The notes beneath the pieces are model-generated. The model did no database searches and was not told the origin of the DNA. It saw nothing but the letters and a program-made list of their open reading frames with translations. Shown piece after piece: positions 6,938 through 16,890 of a stretch of 64,000 bases of DNA. Numbering within the stretch: the stretch's first letter is position 1; every line of letters begins with the position of its first letter. This DNA is from an uncultured bacterium (lineage in GTDB: Bacteria > Bacteroidota > Bacteroidia > Bacteroidales > CAIXTV01): positions 3,315 to 67,314 of the forward strand of contig CAIXTV010000130.1 of the NCBI GenBank assembly GCA_903922465.1. The letters run 5' to 3'. Position numbers and translations under genes: made by a program.

Positions 6938-9151
6938 CTAGTTTCCGAGTTCCGACATAAATTTAATACGGAGTAAACGCACTTCATCTTCCGAAAATTC
7001 ATCTTCTCCAAGCACCCTAAGGGCATCTAAAATAGAATCAGATTCAGCTTCTCTGAAATAATCGAAAATTTCTTCCTGATGATAAGGATCAACAAATTCT
7101 TCCAGATAATAATTTAAATCTATTTTGGTTCCTGAAGCAACTATACTTTCAATTTCAGTTATTAAATCTTTTAGAGTTAATGATTTAGCAACAGCAATAT
7201 CTTCCAGATTTATTTTACGATCAATGTTTTGAATAATATAAACCTTAAGACCCGATTTATTGATAACCGATTTAACAACGAAATCCAACGGACGTGAAAT
7301 TTCATTTTCCTCAACATATTTGGCAATTAAATCAATAAAAGGTTTGCCGTATTTATGTGCTTTTCCTGTGCCAACACCCGTAATCTGATTGAGTTCTTCA
7401 TTTGTAATTGGATAATGAATAGCCATATCTTCTAAAGAAGGATCTTGGAAAATCACAAAAGGAGGAAGATTTTCTTTTCTGGCTATAACTTTTCTAAGGT
7501 CTTTCAACATCGAAAACAATGCTTTGTCAGAAGCCCCCGATTTGCTTGAACCTGCGCCCATTTCACTGAAAAATTCCTCATCATCAGAACCTTCAGGATC
7601 ATGGTCTTTGGTAAACATTATCGAAAAAGGTTTTTTAAGATATCTAATGCCTTCTTTGGTTAGCTTCAGAATTCCATAGCTTTCAATATCTTTTAAAATA
7701 AGACCGGCAATTATCATTTGCCTAATAGCCCCATTCCAAAATCTTTCACTTTTATCGTCACCCTTTGCAAAGGTTCTTAGCTTGTGGTGTTTATATTGTT
7801 TAATCTGAGAAGTAGCTTTACCCGTAAGAATATGAACAAGATGTTTCGATTTAAACAATTGCTTCACATCCTGAACGGTTTCTAGTACAAGTAGGATGTC
7901 TTCTTTTGCATCAAACTTAGTTTTTGGATGAAGGCAATTATCACACGAATTGCAATTCTCTTCTTCATAACTTTCACCAAAATAATGTAAAAGTTGTTTC
8001 CTGCGACAAATAGTCGATTCGCAATATGAGACGACTTCATCAAGCAGTTGTCGCGAAATTTCCTGTTCCGAAACATGTTTGTCTTTGTTGAACTTATCTA
8101 ATTTATCGATGTCGTCAAGACTAAAGTATGCGATGCAATTCCCCTCGCCATCATCCCTACCTGAACGACCTGTCTCCTGATAATAGCCTTCAAGACTTTT
8201 AGGCACTTCGTGATGTATTACAAAACGAACGTCAGGTTTGTCAATGCCCATACCAAATGCAATGGTAGCAACAATAACTTCAACTTCTTCCATTAGAAAT
8301 TTATCCTGATTTGTTATTCGGGTGAGAGAATCTAAGCCTGCATGATAAGGTAAGGCCCTAATTCCATTCACAACAAGAGATTCAGCTACCTCTTCCACCT
8401 TTTTCCGGCTTAAGCAGTATATTATACCTGATTTACCAGCATGGTGTTTTATGTATTTGATAATGTCTTTTACAACATCTGTGTTTTTTGGTCGTACTTC
8501 GTAATATAAATTGGGTCGGTTAAAAGAAGCTTTAAAAACAGTTGCTTCAGACATATTCAGATTTTTTAAAATATCTTGCTGAACCTTAGGAGTAGCCGTT
8601 GCTGTAAGTGCAATAACAGGTACATCATGCCCAATTGCCTGGATAATTGGACGAATTCGTCTATATTCAGGTCTGAAATCGTGTCCCCATTCTGAAATAC
8701 AATGTGCTTCATCAATAGCAAAGAAAGAAATTTTAATTTCTCTGAAAAATTCAATATTCTCTTCTTTTGTTAAGGATTCAGGCGCTACATAAAGCAGTTT
8801 TGTTTTCCCACTTGTTAGCTCACTTTTCACATGTGCTATTTCACCTTTTGAAAGTGAAGAATTTAAAAAATGTGCTATTCCCAGCTCGGCACCAAAGTTT
8901 CTGATTGCATCCACTTGGTTTTTCATTAAGGCAATCAAAGGTGAAATGATTATAGCAGTACCCTCTTTCATTAATGCCGGCAACTGATAGCAAAGAGATT
9001 TACCTCCCCCTGTTGGCATTATGACAAAGGCATCCTTCCCCTCCAATAAGTTGAGAATGACAGCTTCCTGGCTGCCCTTGAAATGATCAAACCCAAAAAC
9101 ATTTTTAAGTACTTCGTGTATTGTTTTGGTATTATAAGTTATGTTTTCCAT
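6938..9151 (-). CDS. recQ: ATP-dependent DNA helicase RecQ.
   Basis: FGFDHFKGSQEAVI, PTGGGKSLCYQLPAL, DEAHCISEWGHDFRPEY, a zinc-binding CRR..LL.YFGE..C..CDNC, and a C-terminal HRDC-like region. The track start at 9154 is TTG; ATG is the next codon (9151). Confidence 0.93.
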   Translation of the reverse strand: MENITYNTKTIHEVLKNVFGFDHFKGSQEAVILNLLEGKDAFVIMPTGGGKSLCYQLPALMKEGTAIIISPLIALMKNQVDAIRNFGAELGIAHFLNSSLSKGEIAHVKSELTSGKTKLLYVAPESLTKEENIEFFREIKISFFAIDEAHCISEWGHDFRPEYRRIRPIIQAIGHDVPVIALTATATPKVQQDILKNLNMSEATVFKASFNRPNLYYEVRPKNTDVVKDIIKYIKHHAGKSGIIYCLSRKKVEEVAESLVVNGIRALPYHAGLDSLTRITNQDKFLMEEVEVIVATIAFGMGIDKPDVRFVIHHEVPKSLEGYYQETGRSGRDDGEGNCIAYFSLDDIDKLDKFNKDKHVSEQEISRQLLDEVVSYCESTICRRKQLLHYFGESYEEENCNSCDNCLHPKTKFDAKEDILLVLETVQDVKQLFKSKHLVHILTGKATSQIKQYKHHKLRTFAKGDDKSERFWNGAIRQMIIAGLILKDIESYGILKLTKEGIRYLKKPFSIMFTKDHDPEGSDDEEFFSEMGAGSSKSGASDKALFSMLKDLRKVIARKENLPPFVIFQDPSLEDMAIHYPITNEELNQITGVGTGKAHKYGKPFIDLIAKYVEENEISRPLDFVVKSVINKSGLKVYIIQNIDRKINLEDIAVAKSLTLKDLITEIESIVASGTKIDLNYYLEEFVDPYHQEEIFDYFREAESDSILDALRVLGEDEFSEDEVRLLRIKFMSELGN

Positions 9152-9172
9152 CAATTAGTTTTTAAAAGCATG

Positions 9173-9180
9173 CAAAGATA
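9173..9180 (-). promoter_or_regulatory. Bacteroidota -7 box TATCTTTG (TAnnTTTG) for recQ.
   Basis: The plus strand reads caaagata, 21 nt upstream of the recQ ATG. Confidence 0.45.
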
Positions 9181-9319
9181 ATTTTTTGTGAAGTATTCTT
9201 TCAATACAAATTTATATTTTTTTTCCGTGTTAAAGAAAAGTTTTTTTCATTAGGTCAGTTTTAGTTGAAATTTGACAGTACTTAAATCCTGTTGAATTCT
9301 TCTAAAAGCCTTGATATCA

Positions 9320-10801
9320 TTAGAAAGAAAGGTAAATAAAAGCTTGCGATTCGGCACTATAAAATTGATATATAATAAATATTAAAAAGAAGAAAACAAC
9401 TGATTTTACACTCCAATGCATGCTAGAAAAGATATTAAATGCTCCAGAATTTAACTTTAGAGGCAAAAAATGAAGAATAAATCCAAGTAACATGACAAGA
9501 AATGGGTACAAATATAAATTTATCCATTGACCTGCAACAGAAAAATCTGTTTTATAAAAAATCATCCGATAAGAATCAACAGCCATACTCATATTTCCTG
9601 ATTTAAATAGTATTACTGAGAATACTATAAAATGAAATGTTAGAAATATACTCATGAATTTGTATAGCGTTTTTGGAACAAAGTTTTTTATTTTCCCTCT
9701 TATCGATTGGGAGGCTATATCCCATGCAAGTGCCACTCCATGAGCGCTTCCCCACAAGATATAGGTCCATTTTGGTCCATGCCATATCCCGGAAATAATA
9801 AAAGTGAGCATTACTGCAAGCATAGTTCCAAAGATTGAGAATGAACGGAAACTAAATGACAAAGGATAAAATAGATATTCATTCAGCCAGCGGGAAAGTG
9901 TAATATGCCAACGTTTCCAAAAATCAGTAATATTCTGTGCAATAAAAGGTTGATTGAAATTATGCTGAAAACTAAAACCTAATAATAAGGCTATCCCTAA
10001 TACTATGTCTGTGTAACCTGCAAAATCGCAATAAATCTGCAGAGTTGCACCATAGGCGGCCATTAAATTCTCAAATCCGGTGAAAAGCGTCGGGGAATCA
10101 TACACTCTGTTGACAAAGTTGACCGCTATAAAGTCGGCAACGCACACCTTTTTAAACGCTCCCATGATAATCAGAAAGAATCCCCTATTTACATTCATTT
10201 CGGTGATCTTTGTTGGCTGATTAAATTGAGGTAATAAGTCTCTTGCCTTTGTAATAGGGCCAGCAATTATGTTTGGAAAGAAGGAAACATATAAAAGATA
10301 GTTAGTATATTTCTTTTCCGGGACATCAATGCTACCATAATATATGTCGAAGATATATGTTAGGGTTTTAAACATATAAAATGATATCCCAATAGGCTGA
10401 ACTATATTAAGCAAGAAGGGTGAAGGCTCGTTATAGAAGAATCCCCACCAACTTTGCAAAATAAAGTTCAAGTATTTGAAGAAAGCTAAACAACTAATAT
10501 TAATTACTAATGACGATATAAGCAGAAACCTTCGCTTCTTTATATTTTGTGATTTCGCCATAGCCTTTCCAATGAAAAAATCGGAGGAAGCCATGAAAAT
10601 AAGGAGCAGCACAAATGCTTCTCCCATCTTATAATAGAAAAACAAGCTAAAAAGCAATAAAAGTATATTCCTTACCTTAATATTATCAGCATAAAAGGCA
10701 TATAATATGTAGAATCCTGAAAACAATAATACAAACATTATCGAAATCAACTGCAATGGATTGTTCGCCTGAAAGCCAAATATATCAAATAGTGTCTCCA
10801 T
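9320..10801 (-). CDS. MBOAT family membrane O-acyltransferase (AlgI/DltB/PatA-like).
   Basis: 493 aa and polytopic. The conserved catalytic-His region is FWKRWHITLSRWLNEYLFYPL. Confidence 0.9.
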   Translation of the reverse strand: METLFDIFGFQANNPLQLISIMFVLLFSGFYILYAFYADNIKVRNILLLLFSLFFYYKMGEAFVLLLIFMASSDFFIGKAMAKSQNIKKRRFLLISSLVINISCLAFFKYLNFILQSWWGFFYNEPSPFLLNIVQPIGISFYMFKTLTYIFDIYYGSIDVPEKKYTNYLLYVSFFPNIIAGPITKARDLLPQFNQPTKITEMNVNRGFFLIIMGAFKKVCVADFIAVNFVNRVYDSPTLFTGFENLMAAYGATLQIYCDFAGYTDIVLGIALLLGFSFQHNFNQPFIAQNITDFWKRWHITLSRWLNEYLFYPLSFSFRSFSIFGTMLAVMLTFIISGIWHGPKWTYILWGSAHGVALAWDIASQSIRGKIKNFVPKTLYKFMSIFLTFHFIVFSVILFKSGNMSMAVDSYRMIFYKTDFSVAGQWINLYLYPFLVMLLGFILHFLPLKLNSGAFNIFSSMHWSVKSVVFFFLIFIIYQFYSAESQAFIYLSF

Positions 10802-10807
10802 TTTCTT

Positions 10808-12574
10808 TTACTTCACTTTCAGTTTATCACCAGGGTGCAATTTATCGTCCTTTAGTTTATTAAGTTTCCGTAATGCCTCTGCAGTGGTGCTGAATTTCTT
10901 TGCAATGCCAGAAAGATTGTCCCCGGAAACAACAGAGTAAACATTTTTGCTTGGGGAAGTTGCCTTTGTTTTGGGTGAAGGTGTTTTTGTGGTGGAATTT
11001 ACATTTAGCTCATTTGTAAAGAGATTAAGCTTTTGCCCAATCTTTATCTTGTTTTTCTTCAGGTGATTCCATTTGCTGATTTGTTTCACCGTTATGGCAA
11101 ATTTCTCTGCAATTGACGAAGGGGTATCTCCCTTTTTAACGACATACACAGTATTGGTTCCAACAGGATTCGAAGAGGGTTCTTCCTTTTTTTCAAATGT
11201 ATTTTCATTTGAAATGGTTTTATCTTCCTTATTTAAGAAGGGGATGCTATCAATTGGCATCCTAGTTTCAGTTAAGAGAGAAGAAGCTCCCTTGGCCTTT
11301 AGATATTCGGAATAGGAGTTCAAAAGGGCATTATACCACAACTCTGCTTTAAGATAATAGCCTTCGAAGGTCAAATGAACCTTATCGCGTTTAGCAAAAT
11401 GAATTTTAAGCCATTTCAACATCGAGAATTGCCCACCACTTATAGCGTAATAGTCGTAAAAAGCACAATCATTTTCTAACGCTATCTTGCGAGTGAGTTC
11501 AGAAAAGGCCTTACAGCTTGTAATTTCTTTCTTTCGATAATAAATATCCTGAGAGTTAGTGACAATTATGGAGGTTTCGGGAGAAGCATCCTTAATAGTT
11601 TTAATAATTTTCTTCAAATTATCTTCCAATTCAGGGGTGTTGAAGGTTTTTCTGTAAAAATCGTTAGCACCAAGGTCAATAATTACCAAATCGGGCTTGA
11701 GTTCCGCGAGTTGACTCCCCATAAGCGATTGCCGTAAGATGCTTTTGTATCCTGCACCATTTATTCCCACACTATTATATAGTATTCCTCCTGCTTCATC
11801 ACTCTCAATTAAAAGTCCATAACACTCGAAATAGCGCTGTGTGGAATCGGTTTTATTTACGAAAACTTCAATGGTATCGCAGGCAGAGGGTAAATTGATT
11901 TGAACGTAGGGCTTACTATTAAAGGTGTCGGTTTCTAAGTAAATAGGAATGTCAGTTGAGTAGCTTTTCATCTTTAATTGAAAGCTTTCGGGGCATTTCT
12001 TCAGGTATATTTTGATCGTTTTAAAATCGCTCCTTATGGTTCCCTGATGAAAGACTATTTTAAAGGACGCCGTTGAGTCGTAGGTTCGAATGGTGACACC
12101 ACTTATTCCCATGTCAAGAGGTTTTTCTTCCTGCATGACATTTCTTGAGTATTCCCATTTGCCTTCGCAGAAGGTTCGATAGTCATAAGCAGCATGGGTT
12201 TTTGCAGCTTTATAGGGAAAGACCATTCCCCGGCCACCATAACCAAATGTTTCCTGCAATTTGTTGCGTAAACGACCCGTAAATATGTCGGCTTGCAGGT
12301 GTGAGTCGCCAATGTGCAGGATTTTCACCCGCTTACTGCCCACTTGCTGCAGTTGTTTAAAGAAATGTGAGATGGAAGTGGGATTATTCCACTCGATATA
12401 GTTCTTATTATATTGAATAAAGGGGAATTCGTGGGTATATGCTTTTTGTTTCTCAATATAAGTTAACTGAGAGAGGGAATCCTTATTAATAGGAAGGGCT
12501 GTATTATTTTTAAAGGGCGTAAAAGCCATTAAAAAAAACGCCATCATCAGTAGGACAATATTTATTTGCTTCAT
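10808..12574 (-). CDS. Exported SGNH/GDSL-type acyl-hydrolase/transferase with two C-terminal LysM domains.
   Basis: Block I is ILHIGDSHLQAD and block V is RDKVHLTFEGY. LysM-like YVVKKGDTPSSIAEKFAITVKQISKWNHL..IKIGQKLNL and YSVVSGDNLSGIAKKFSTTAEALRKLNKL..LHPGDKLKV. Confidence 0.75.
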   Translation of the reverse strand: MKQINIVLLMMAFFLMAFTPFKNNTALPINKDSLSQLTYIEKQKAYTHEFPFIQYNKNYIEWNNPTSISHFFKQLQQVGSKRVKILHIGDSHLQADIFTGRLRNKLQETFGYGGRGMVFPYKAAKTHAAYDYRTFCEGKWEYSRNVMQEEKPLDMGISGVTIRTYDSTASFKIVFHQGTIRSDFKTIKIYLKKCPESFQLKMKSYSTDIPIYLETDTFNSKPYVQINLPSACDTIEVFVNKTDSTQRYFECYGLLIESDEAGGILYNSVGINGAGYKSILRQSLMGSQLAELKPDLVIIDLGANDFYRKTFNTPELEDNLKKIIKTIKDASPETSIIVTNSQDIYYRKKEITSCKAFSELTRKIALENDCAFYDYYAISGGQFSMLKWLKIHFAKRDKVHLTFEGYYLKAELWYNALLNSYSEYLKAKGASSLLTETRMPIDSIPFLNKEDKTISNENTFEKKEEPSSNPVGTNTVYVVKKGDTPSSIAEKFAITVKQISKWNHLKKNKIKIGQKLNLFTNELNVNSTTKTPSPKTKATSPSKNVYSVVSGDNLSGIAKKFSTTAEALRKLNKLKDDKLHPGDKLKVK

Positions 12575-14049
12575 GAATTGTGCTTTTTGCGGAATAAATA
12601 CAAGTTATACTCCACCATTAAAGCATTAAAGAGTTTCTCACTAATCATTTTTTGGCCTTTAGGGGTCAAATGACCATCATAGGAAGCCAGACCTTTTTCT
12701 GTCCAGGTTAAAATGGCATCTTCTCCCCCCATAATTTCATATAAATCCCAAAATGCACAACCCGCTTTGAGGGCTGCTCGCTTCTGCGCATCACGTATTT
12801 CGGACAACATGGGGTAAGATTCGTACTTTCCATCAATACTTCTTGCCATATCGCCTGCTCCTATCACCAGCACTGAGGTTTCGGGGGCTTTGGCCTTATA
12901 TCGCATGAAAAGTTTATAATATATTTGCTCGAGATTCTTACAATCTTTTTCGTTTTTTATGTAAGGCACCACATTGGCCCCATATTGAAACAAAACCAGC
13001 TTGGTGTGCAGGTCTTGAATTTGTTTTGCCAGAAAATCAGGCTGAATGTTCATCAAACCATCGCCTGAATGGCCACGAATTGCGTAGTTGTCCACCTGAA
13101 CACCCTTATCTCCGTCGAATAAGAGTCCATAAAAATCGGGGCTTATGCCCGAAATGAATTCAATTTTAATGGCCAATGGGTTAGTGGGAAGCTTTAGTTC
13201 GTGAAGGTTAAACTCAAAGGAGGCAGCAAGGGTATCCCTCAATATTATTTCGGAAGTTTTGGTGTCATAGACATTAATCAGGCAGGGAGTTTTAGCATTT
13301 CCATACATGAGGGTGATCGTTTTGTAGGAAGTTTGGAAATGATAGGAGACCCAAGCGTTGTGAAAGGCTACAATTTTCCCACTTTTACTACTCGAATCGT
13401 AGATTGTTTGATTTACGGTGGTGTCTTTTTCTTCGGAATGGTCTATAATATATTTGCTAAAGCGGAATACTGTTCCCGAAAGTCCATAATATCCACCTTT
13501 ATAGCGATTATGGAATACCGTATATCGTATCCAGTTGTCGCTGGAGGCGATGCTGTAGTCGACACTGGTGGCAATGTCGCAGAGAGGAACGAAACCCAGC
13601 CCATAACCCCCAAATTTCTGTTGAAATTTCTTTCTGATGAAGCAGCTAACCCGGTCGCCTTCCAATTGGGAGTCGCCATAGTGGGCAATGCGGAGTGATT
13701 TTGGATGAAGGCTATCGCCTAAGGCCACAAAGAAGCTATCTAAATAGGAAGAACCGAGGGTATCGGGGTTGAAAATAAAGGATTCGCCTTTTTTTCGTTT
13801 CAGTTCTTCCAGTTTTTTGAGGCTGAATTGGGCAGAAACGCTCACCGAATCTTCATCTTCATACTTATTGATGAGGCTATCGGCCATTTGGTTTTGGTTT
13901 ACTTTCCCTAAATTCAACAAAGTTTCCCATTTCATGAACCTAAGAGGGCTTCCGTCGGGCACATAGGCGCTAAATAGCAGAACCGTTGCCACTACCAGGG
14001 CATCGAACAGCAATATGACAGAAACAATTTCGAAGGCTTTTCCTTTCAT
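12571..14049 (-). CDS. Membrane-anchored SGNH/GDSL-like (DltD/AlgX-like) protein.
   Basis: N-terminal TM helix, block I RIAHYGDSQLEGDR, C-terminal SYDGHLTPKG. Its stop overlaps the next start (ATGA at 12571-12574). Confidence 0.65.
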   Translation of the reverse strand: MKGKAFEIVSVILLFDALVVATVLLFSAYVPDGSPLRFMKWETLLNLGKVNQNQMADSLINKYEDEDSVSVSAQFSLKKLEELKRKKGESFIFNPDTLGSSYLDSFFVALGDSLHPKSLRIAHYGDSQLEGDRVSCFIRKKFQQKFGGYGLGFVPLCDIATSVDYSIASSDNWIRYTVFHNRYKGGYYGLSGTVFRFSKYIIDHSEEKDTTVNQTIYDSSSKSGKIVAFHNAWVSYHFQTSYKTITLMYGNAKTPCLINVYDTKTSEIILRDTLAASFEFNLHELKLPTNPLAIKIEFISGISPDFYGLLFDGDKGVQVDNYAIRGHSGDGLMNIQPDFLAKQIQDLHTKLVLFQYGANVVPYIKNEKDCKNLEQIYYKLFMRYKAKAPETSVLVIGAGDMARSIDGKYESYPMLSEIRDAQKRAALKAGCAFWDLYEIMGGEDAILTWTEKGLASYDGHLTPKGQKMISEKLFNALMVEYNLYLFRKKHNS

Positions 14050-14066
14050 CGGGCTTTATTGGCGCA

Positions 14067-14303
14067 CTAAAGGGCTTTCGACTGTATGGTTTTGATTAAG
14101 TCGCCCACGTTGTCCATCCTTATGACTTCTCTAAGGTTGAATTTTATATGGAATTCGCTTTCCACGGCATGAATTAGATCCATGTGGTTGAGCGACGACC
14201 AATTTTCGATGTCGTTTGAGGTGGTGTCTTCCGAAACCACTATGCTGGTGTCTTTAAACACCTTCCCGAAGATGGGGTTCAATCTTTTTTTTATTTCGTC
14301 CAT
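14067..14303 (-). CDS. Acyl carrier protein (DltC-like, 78 aa).
   Basis: Small acidic four-helix-type sequence. The candidate phosphopantetheine site is in IENWSSLNHMDLIHAVESEF. Confidence 0.7.
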   Translation of the reverse strand: MDEIKKRLNPIFGKVFKDTSIVVSEDTTSNDIENWSSLNHMDLIHAVESEFHIKFNLREVIRMDNVGDLIKTIQSKAL

Positions 14304-14304
14304 G

Positions 14305-14955
14305 TTATTTAAGCAGATGTAAGGGTGAGGTTAACTGTAAACGGCTGTTTGAGGGTAAAAATTGTAATAAAGCCTCGTCGCCGGTGACTTTATGTTTCAG
14401 GCTAAAGCCCATTTTTTGATAGGCCGCCAAGGCATTTTCGTTGGTTTGTGCCAAAATGATTTCAACCGCGGGGGCTTGGGCCTGAAGTGCATGATGTTGT
14501 ATGAGTTTTCTTATCAAACCTTTCCCACGAAATGCCGCAAGGGTGTATACCGACTCGATTTGCAGGCAGCCTTTTGTGCGTTCGATGTGAATTCCTTTCA
14601 TGATTTCGTTTTTCGAGAGCCCTTCTTTGAAGTTAGCCGCCGGAAGGTATTCGCCAAGCAGGCTGCCGGTGATGATAGAAGAGGAAATTCCATACGTTCC
14701 TTCTATCCACGAACAGCAAGTAGCCACAGCTTCCCCATCGACGCAAGCAATGGCAAAGCCCGAAATGCAGAGTTGCTGACCTTCGAGGTCTTCGGCCAGC
14801 ATTTTGCGCATGAGTTCTATTAGTTCGGCTTGGCTCAGGCCAAAGATGCCGCAATAGCTTATCATTTCTGAGCCGCTTTTTTCGGCTTCGATGATGGCTT
14901 CGATAAGAAAATCAATATCCTCGGCTCCGGCCTGTCTTATTTCGCTTACTAACAT
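14305..14955 (-). CDS. GNAT family acyl-CoA N-acyltransferase.
   Basis: Motif A is VYTLAAFRGKGLIRKLI, followed by NENALAAYQKMGF. The track start at 14979 is TTG and overlaps the predicted -7 box, so I use the ATG at 14955 (MLVSEIRQAG..). Confidence 0.75.
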   Translation of the reverse strand: MLVSEIRQAGAEDIDFLIEAIIEAEKSGSEMISYCGIFGLSQAELIELMRKMLAEDLEGQQLCISGFAIACVDGEAVATCCSWIEGTYGISSSIITGSLLGEYLPAANFKEGLSKNEIMKGIHIERTKGCLQIESVYTLAAFRGKGLIRKLIQHHALQAQAPAVEIILAQTNENALAAYQKMGFSLKHKVTGDEALLQFLPSNSRLQLTSPLHLLK

Positions 14956-14976
14956 ATATATGGTTGAAAAATCGCG

Positions 14977-14984
14977 CAAAAGTA
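14977..14984 (-). promoter_or_regulatory. -7 box TACTTTTG for the GNAT-ACP-SGNH-SGNH-MBOAT operon.
   Basis: The plus strand reads caaaagta, 21 nt upstream of the ATG at 14955. Confidence 0.45.
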
Positions 14985-15163
14985 CTAATATTTGAGCTCG
15001 AACTAAGATAATAATTCAGGCAAATGCCTATCGTATTGATTATAGCATTGATGGGGCAAGCTGTTTTTCGGGTTTTATCCTTATAAAAACAAAAATATCA
15101 GCTTATTGTATGGGATTTTGGGCCTAAAACTTCCATCATCCAACAAAAAACACCCAAAATGAA

Positions 15164-15222
15164 AGCCACCTATTCGCTGATTATCTTTTTATTAGTTTAA
15201 ATAATCAGCAGAATTGGTGGCT
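15164..15222 (-). terminator. Long hairpin downstream of the 15347..16192 gene (possible terminator).
   Basis: The arms agccacctattcgctgattat and ataatcagcagaattggtggct are about 21 nt and complementary except for one mismatch and one bulge. T-rich runs flank the hairpin on both strands. Confidence 0.4.
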
Positions 15223-15346
15223 ATAAATATTTTTTATTCCGAAAAACGGCTTATTTAAGCAGTTTTTTGAGCAGAATTTAAGAACTTTCTTTTTGTAGGT
15301 TGAGCATTTCGTGGCCTTTTGCCCACAAAAAGCGGTATTTTTTTTT

Positions 15347-16192
15347 CTATCCTAAAACATAGGTATAGGTAGTCCCCATAACGGTTACATAGACGATTAA
15401 ATCGCATGAACCATCGCCATAATCCACCGTAATATTAGGATATCCTGCATTCACAATGTCTAATTTGCCTGAGGCAATAATCCAACGATAGATATTTAGG
15501 CAAAGTTTGCAATAGAGAGGGGAGGTAATGTTTACGCTGAAGGCTGCTCCGCTAATGTCGGTGCCATTTGCGGTGCCGGTTACATAATATTCGTCGTCGA
15601 AAGGATTCATATAAGTATCATACCCCGCTGTCCATTCGTTCTGACGTTGTGAGGTCCAATGAATTGTGCCTTCGGTGTAGGAAATGCTGGCATTTTGCAC
15701 GTCAACAGAGAAGTAAGGGTGCCCAAGACTGTTATGACCTAAGTTCTTAATCACTTGTGTGCCCTGAATTTGATGGTCGACGCCATTAATGTTCTCGAAA
15801 TAATTATCGAAAGTAGAAGTAATTGTAGAATTTGAATCGACATAGAGGCCGGTGGCATGCGATATTATCTTACCTCTTCTCACAACGCCGTCGTCGCCTG
15901 TGCAACTTGCGCCAAAATCGAGGGTTACAATTTTGTCGGGCCAAGCTCCTGTGATATAAAGGGTTGGACAGCCTACAATAGTATCATTTACGCTTTTCGA
16001 ACCCACCTGACGCAGGGCTTTTGAAATTTGACTGTAAGAACGGTTGAAGGTTGCTTCGGCCGTTGAATTGTCTTGTGCAGCACGATAGTTGGCTGTTTTG
16101 TCCTCAGTGGTTTTCTTACAGGATGAAAACATTAAACTTCCCATGGCAAAGAGCATTGCAAATGCAATTAGATAGCTTTTTAAATTTTTCAT
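15347..16192 (-). CDS. Hypothetical lipoprotein (281 aa).
   Basis: Lipobox MGSLMFSSC. I recognise no family. Confidence 0.55.
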   Translation of the reverse strand: MKNLKSYLIAFAMLFAMGSLMFSSCKKTTEDKTANYRAAQDNSTAEATFNRSYSQISKALRQVGSKSVNDTIVGCPTLYITGAWPDKIVTLDFGASCTGDDGVVRRGKIISHATGLYVDSNSTITSTFDNYFENINGVDHQIQGTQVIKNLGHNSLGHPYFSVDVQNASISYTEGTIHWTSQRQNEWTAGYDTYMNPFDDEYYVTGTANGTDISGAAFSVNITSPLYCKLCLNIYRWIIASGKLDIVNAGYPNITVDYGDGSCDLIVYVTVMGTTYTYVLG

Positions 16193-16708
16193 GATTTGTG
16201 TTGTTTAGTTACTATAGTAACGCTTTTTAAATTTGCTTATTGTGTTAGTAAAGGTCTTTTTTTCATAGACACACAAAACGCTTAAAAAGTTGCTTGAACC
16301 TTGAATTTTATTTGATTTTTTTCAAATTGATGGCGATTTATCGAAAATGCTGCCCTATTCGTGCCCAAAACTATGCTTAAGCGCAATAATTGTTCAAGAA
16401 AAATGACTTCATCTCTGATATGTTACACTTGGGCGAAGGTTTAGGATGAAATTTCTGTAGCCCCATTTGGGTTTGCTTGCGAATGTGAATTTTGGTTTAT
16501 TTTTTGTGGATGAAGTGAAGTGAAAATAAATTTTGAGGCATAAAAAACTCTTCAAAGGGGTTCTGCTTATGCCATAAATACCCAATTAAAGGCCCAAAAC
16601 CTCTCTGTATTTTTATTATATACTGATATTGTGTGATATATAAATAAAATACTGAAGAAATGTGCTGCTAGAAAAGCCGTTTTTGGGTCAAAATCCATCA
16701 AAAAGGGA

Positions 16709-16890
16709 GGAAGAACTCGCCATTCCTAAATTCAGAATGGCGAGTTGTTCCAGAAGAAGTGGGCATTCCTCGTTCAGAATGGCGAGTTGTTCCAGAAGAA
16801 GTGGGCAGTCTGGATTCAGAATGGCGAGTTGTTCTGCTAGAAGTGGGCAGTTTGGATTCAGAATGGCGACTTCTCGGAGAAGAACTCGCC
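16709..16890. repeat. 42-bp tandem repeat, about 3.8 copies, bounded by hairpins.
   Basis: Units start at 16731, 16773, 16815 and 16857 (ttcagaatggcgagttgttccagaagaagtgggca...). 16709-16725 is the inverse complement of the unit core, giving a 17-bp stem with one mismatch. Confidence 0.9.
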
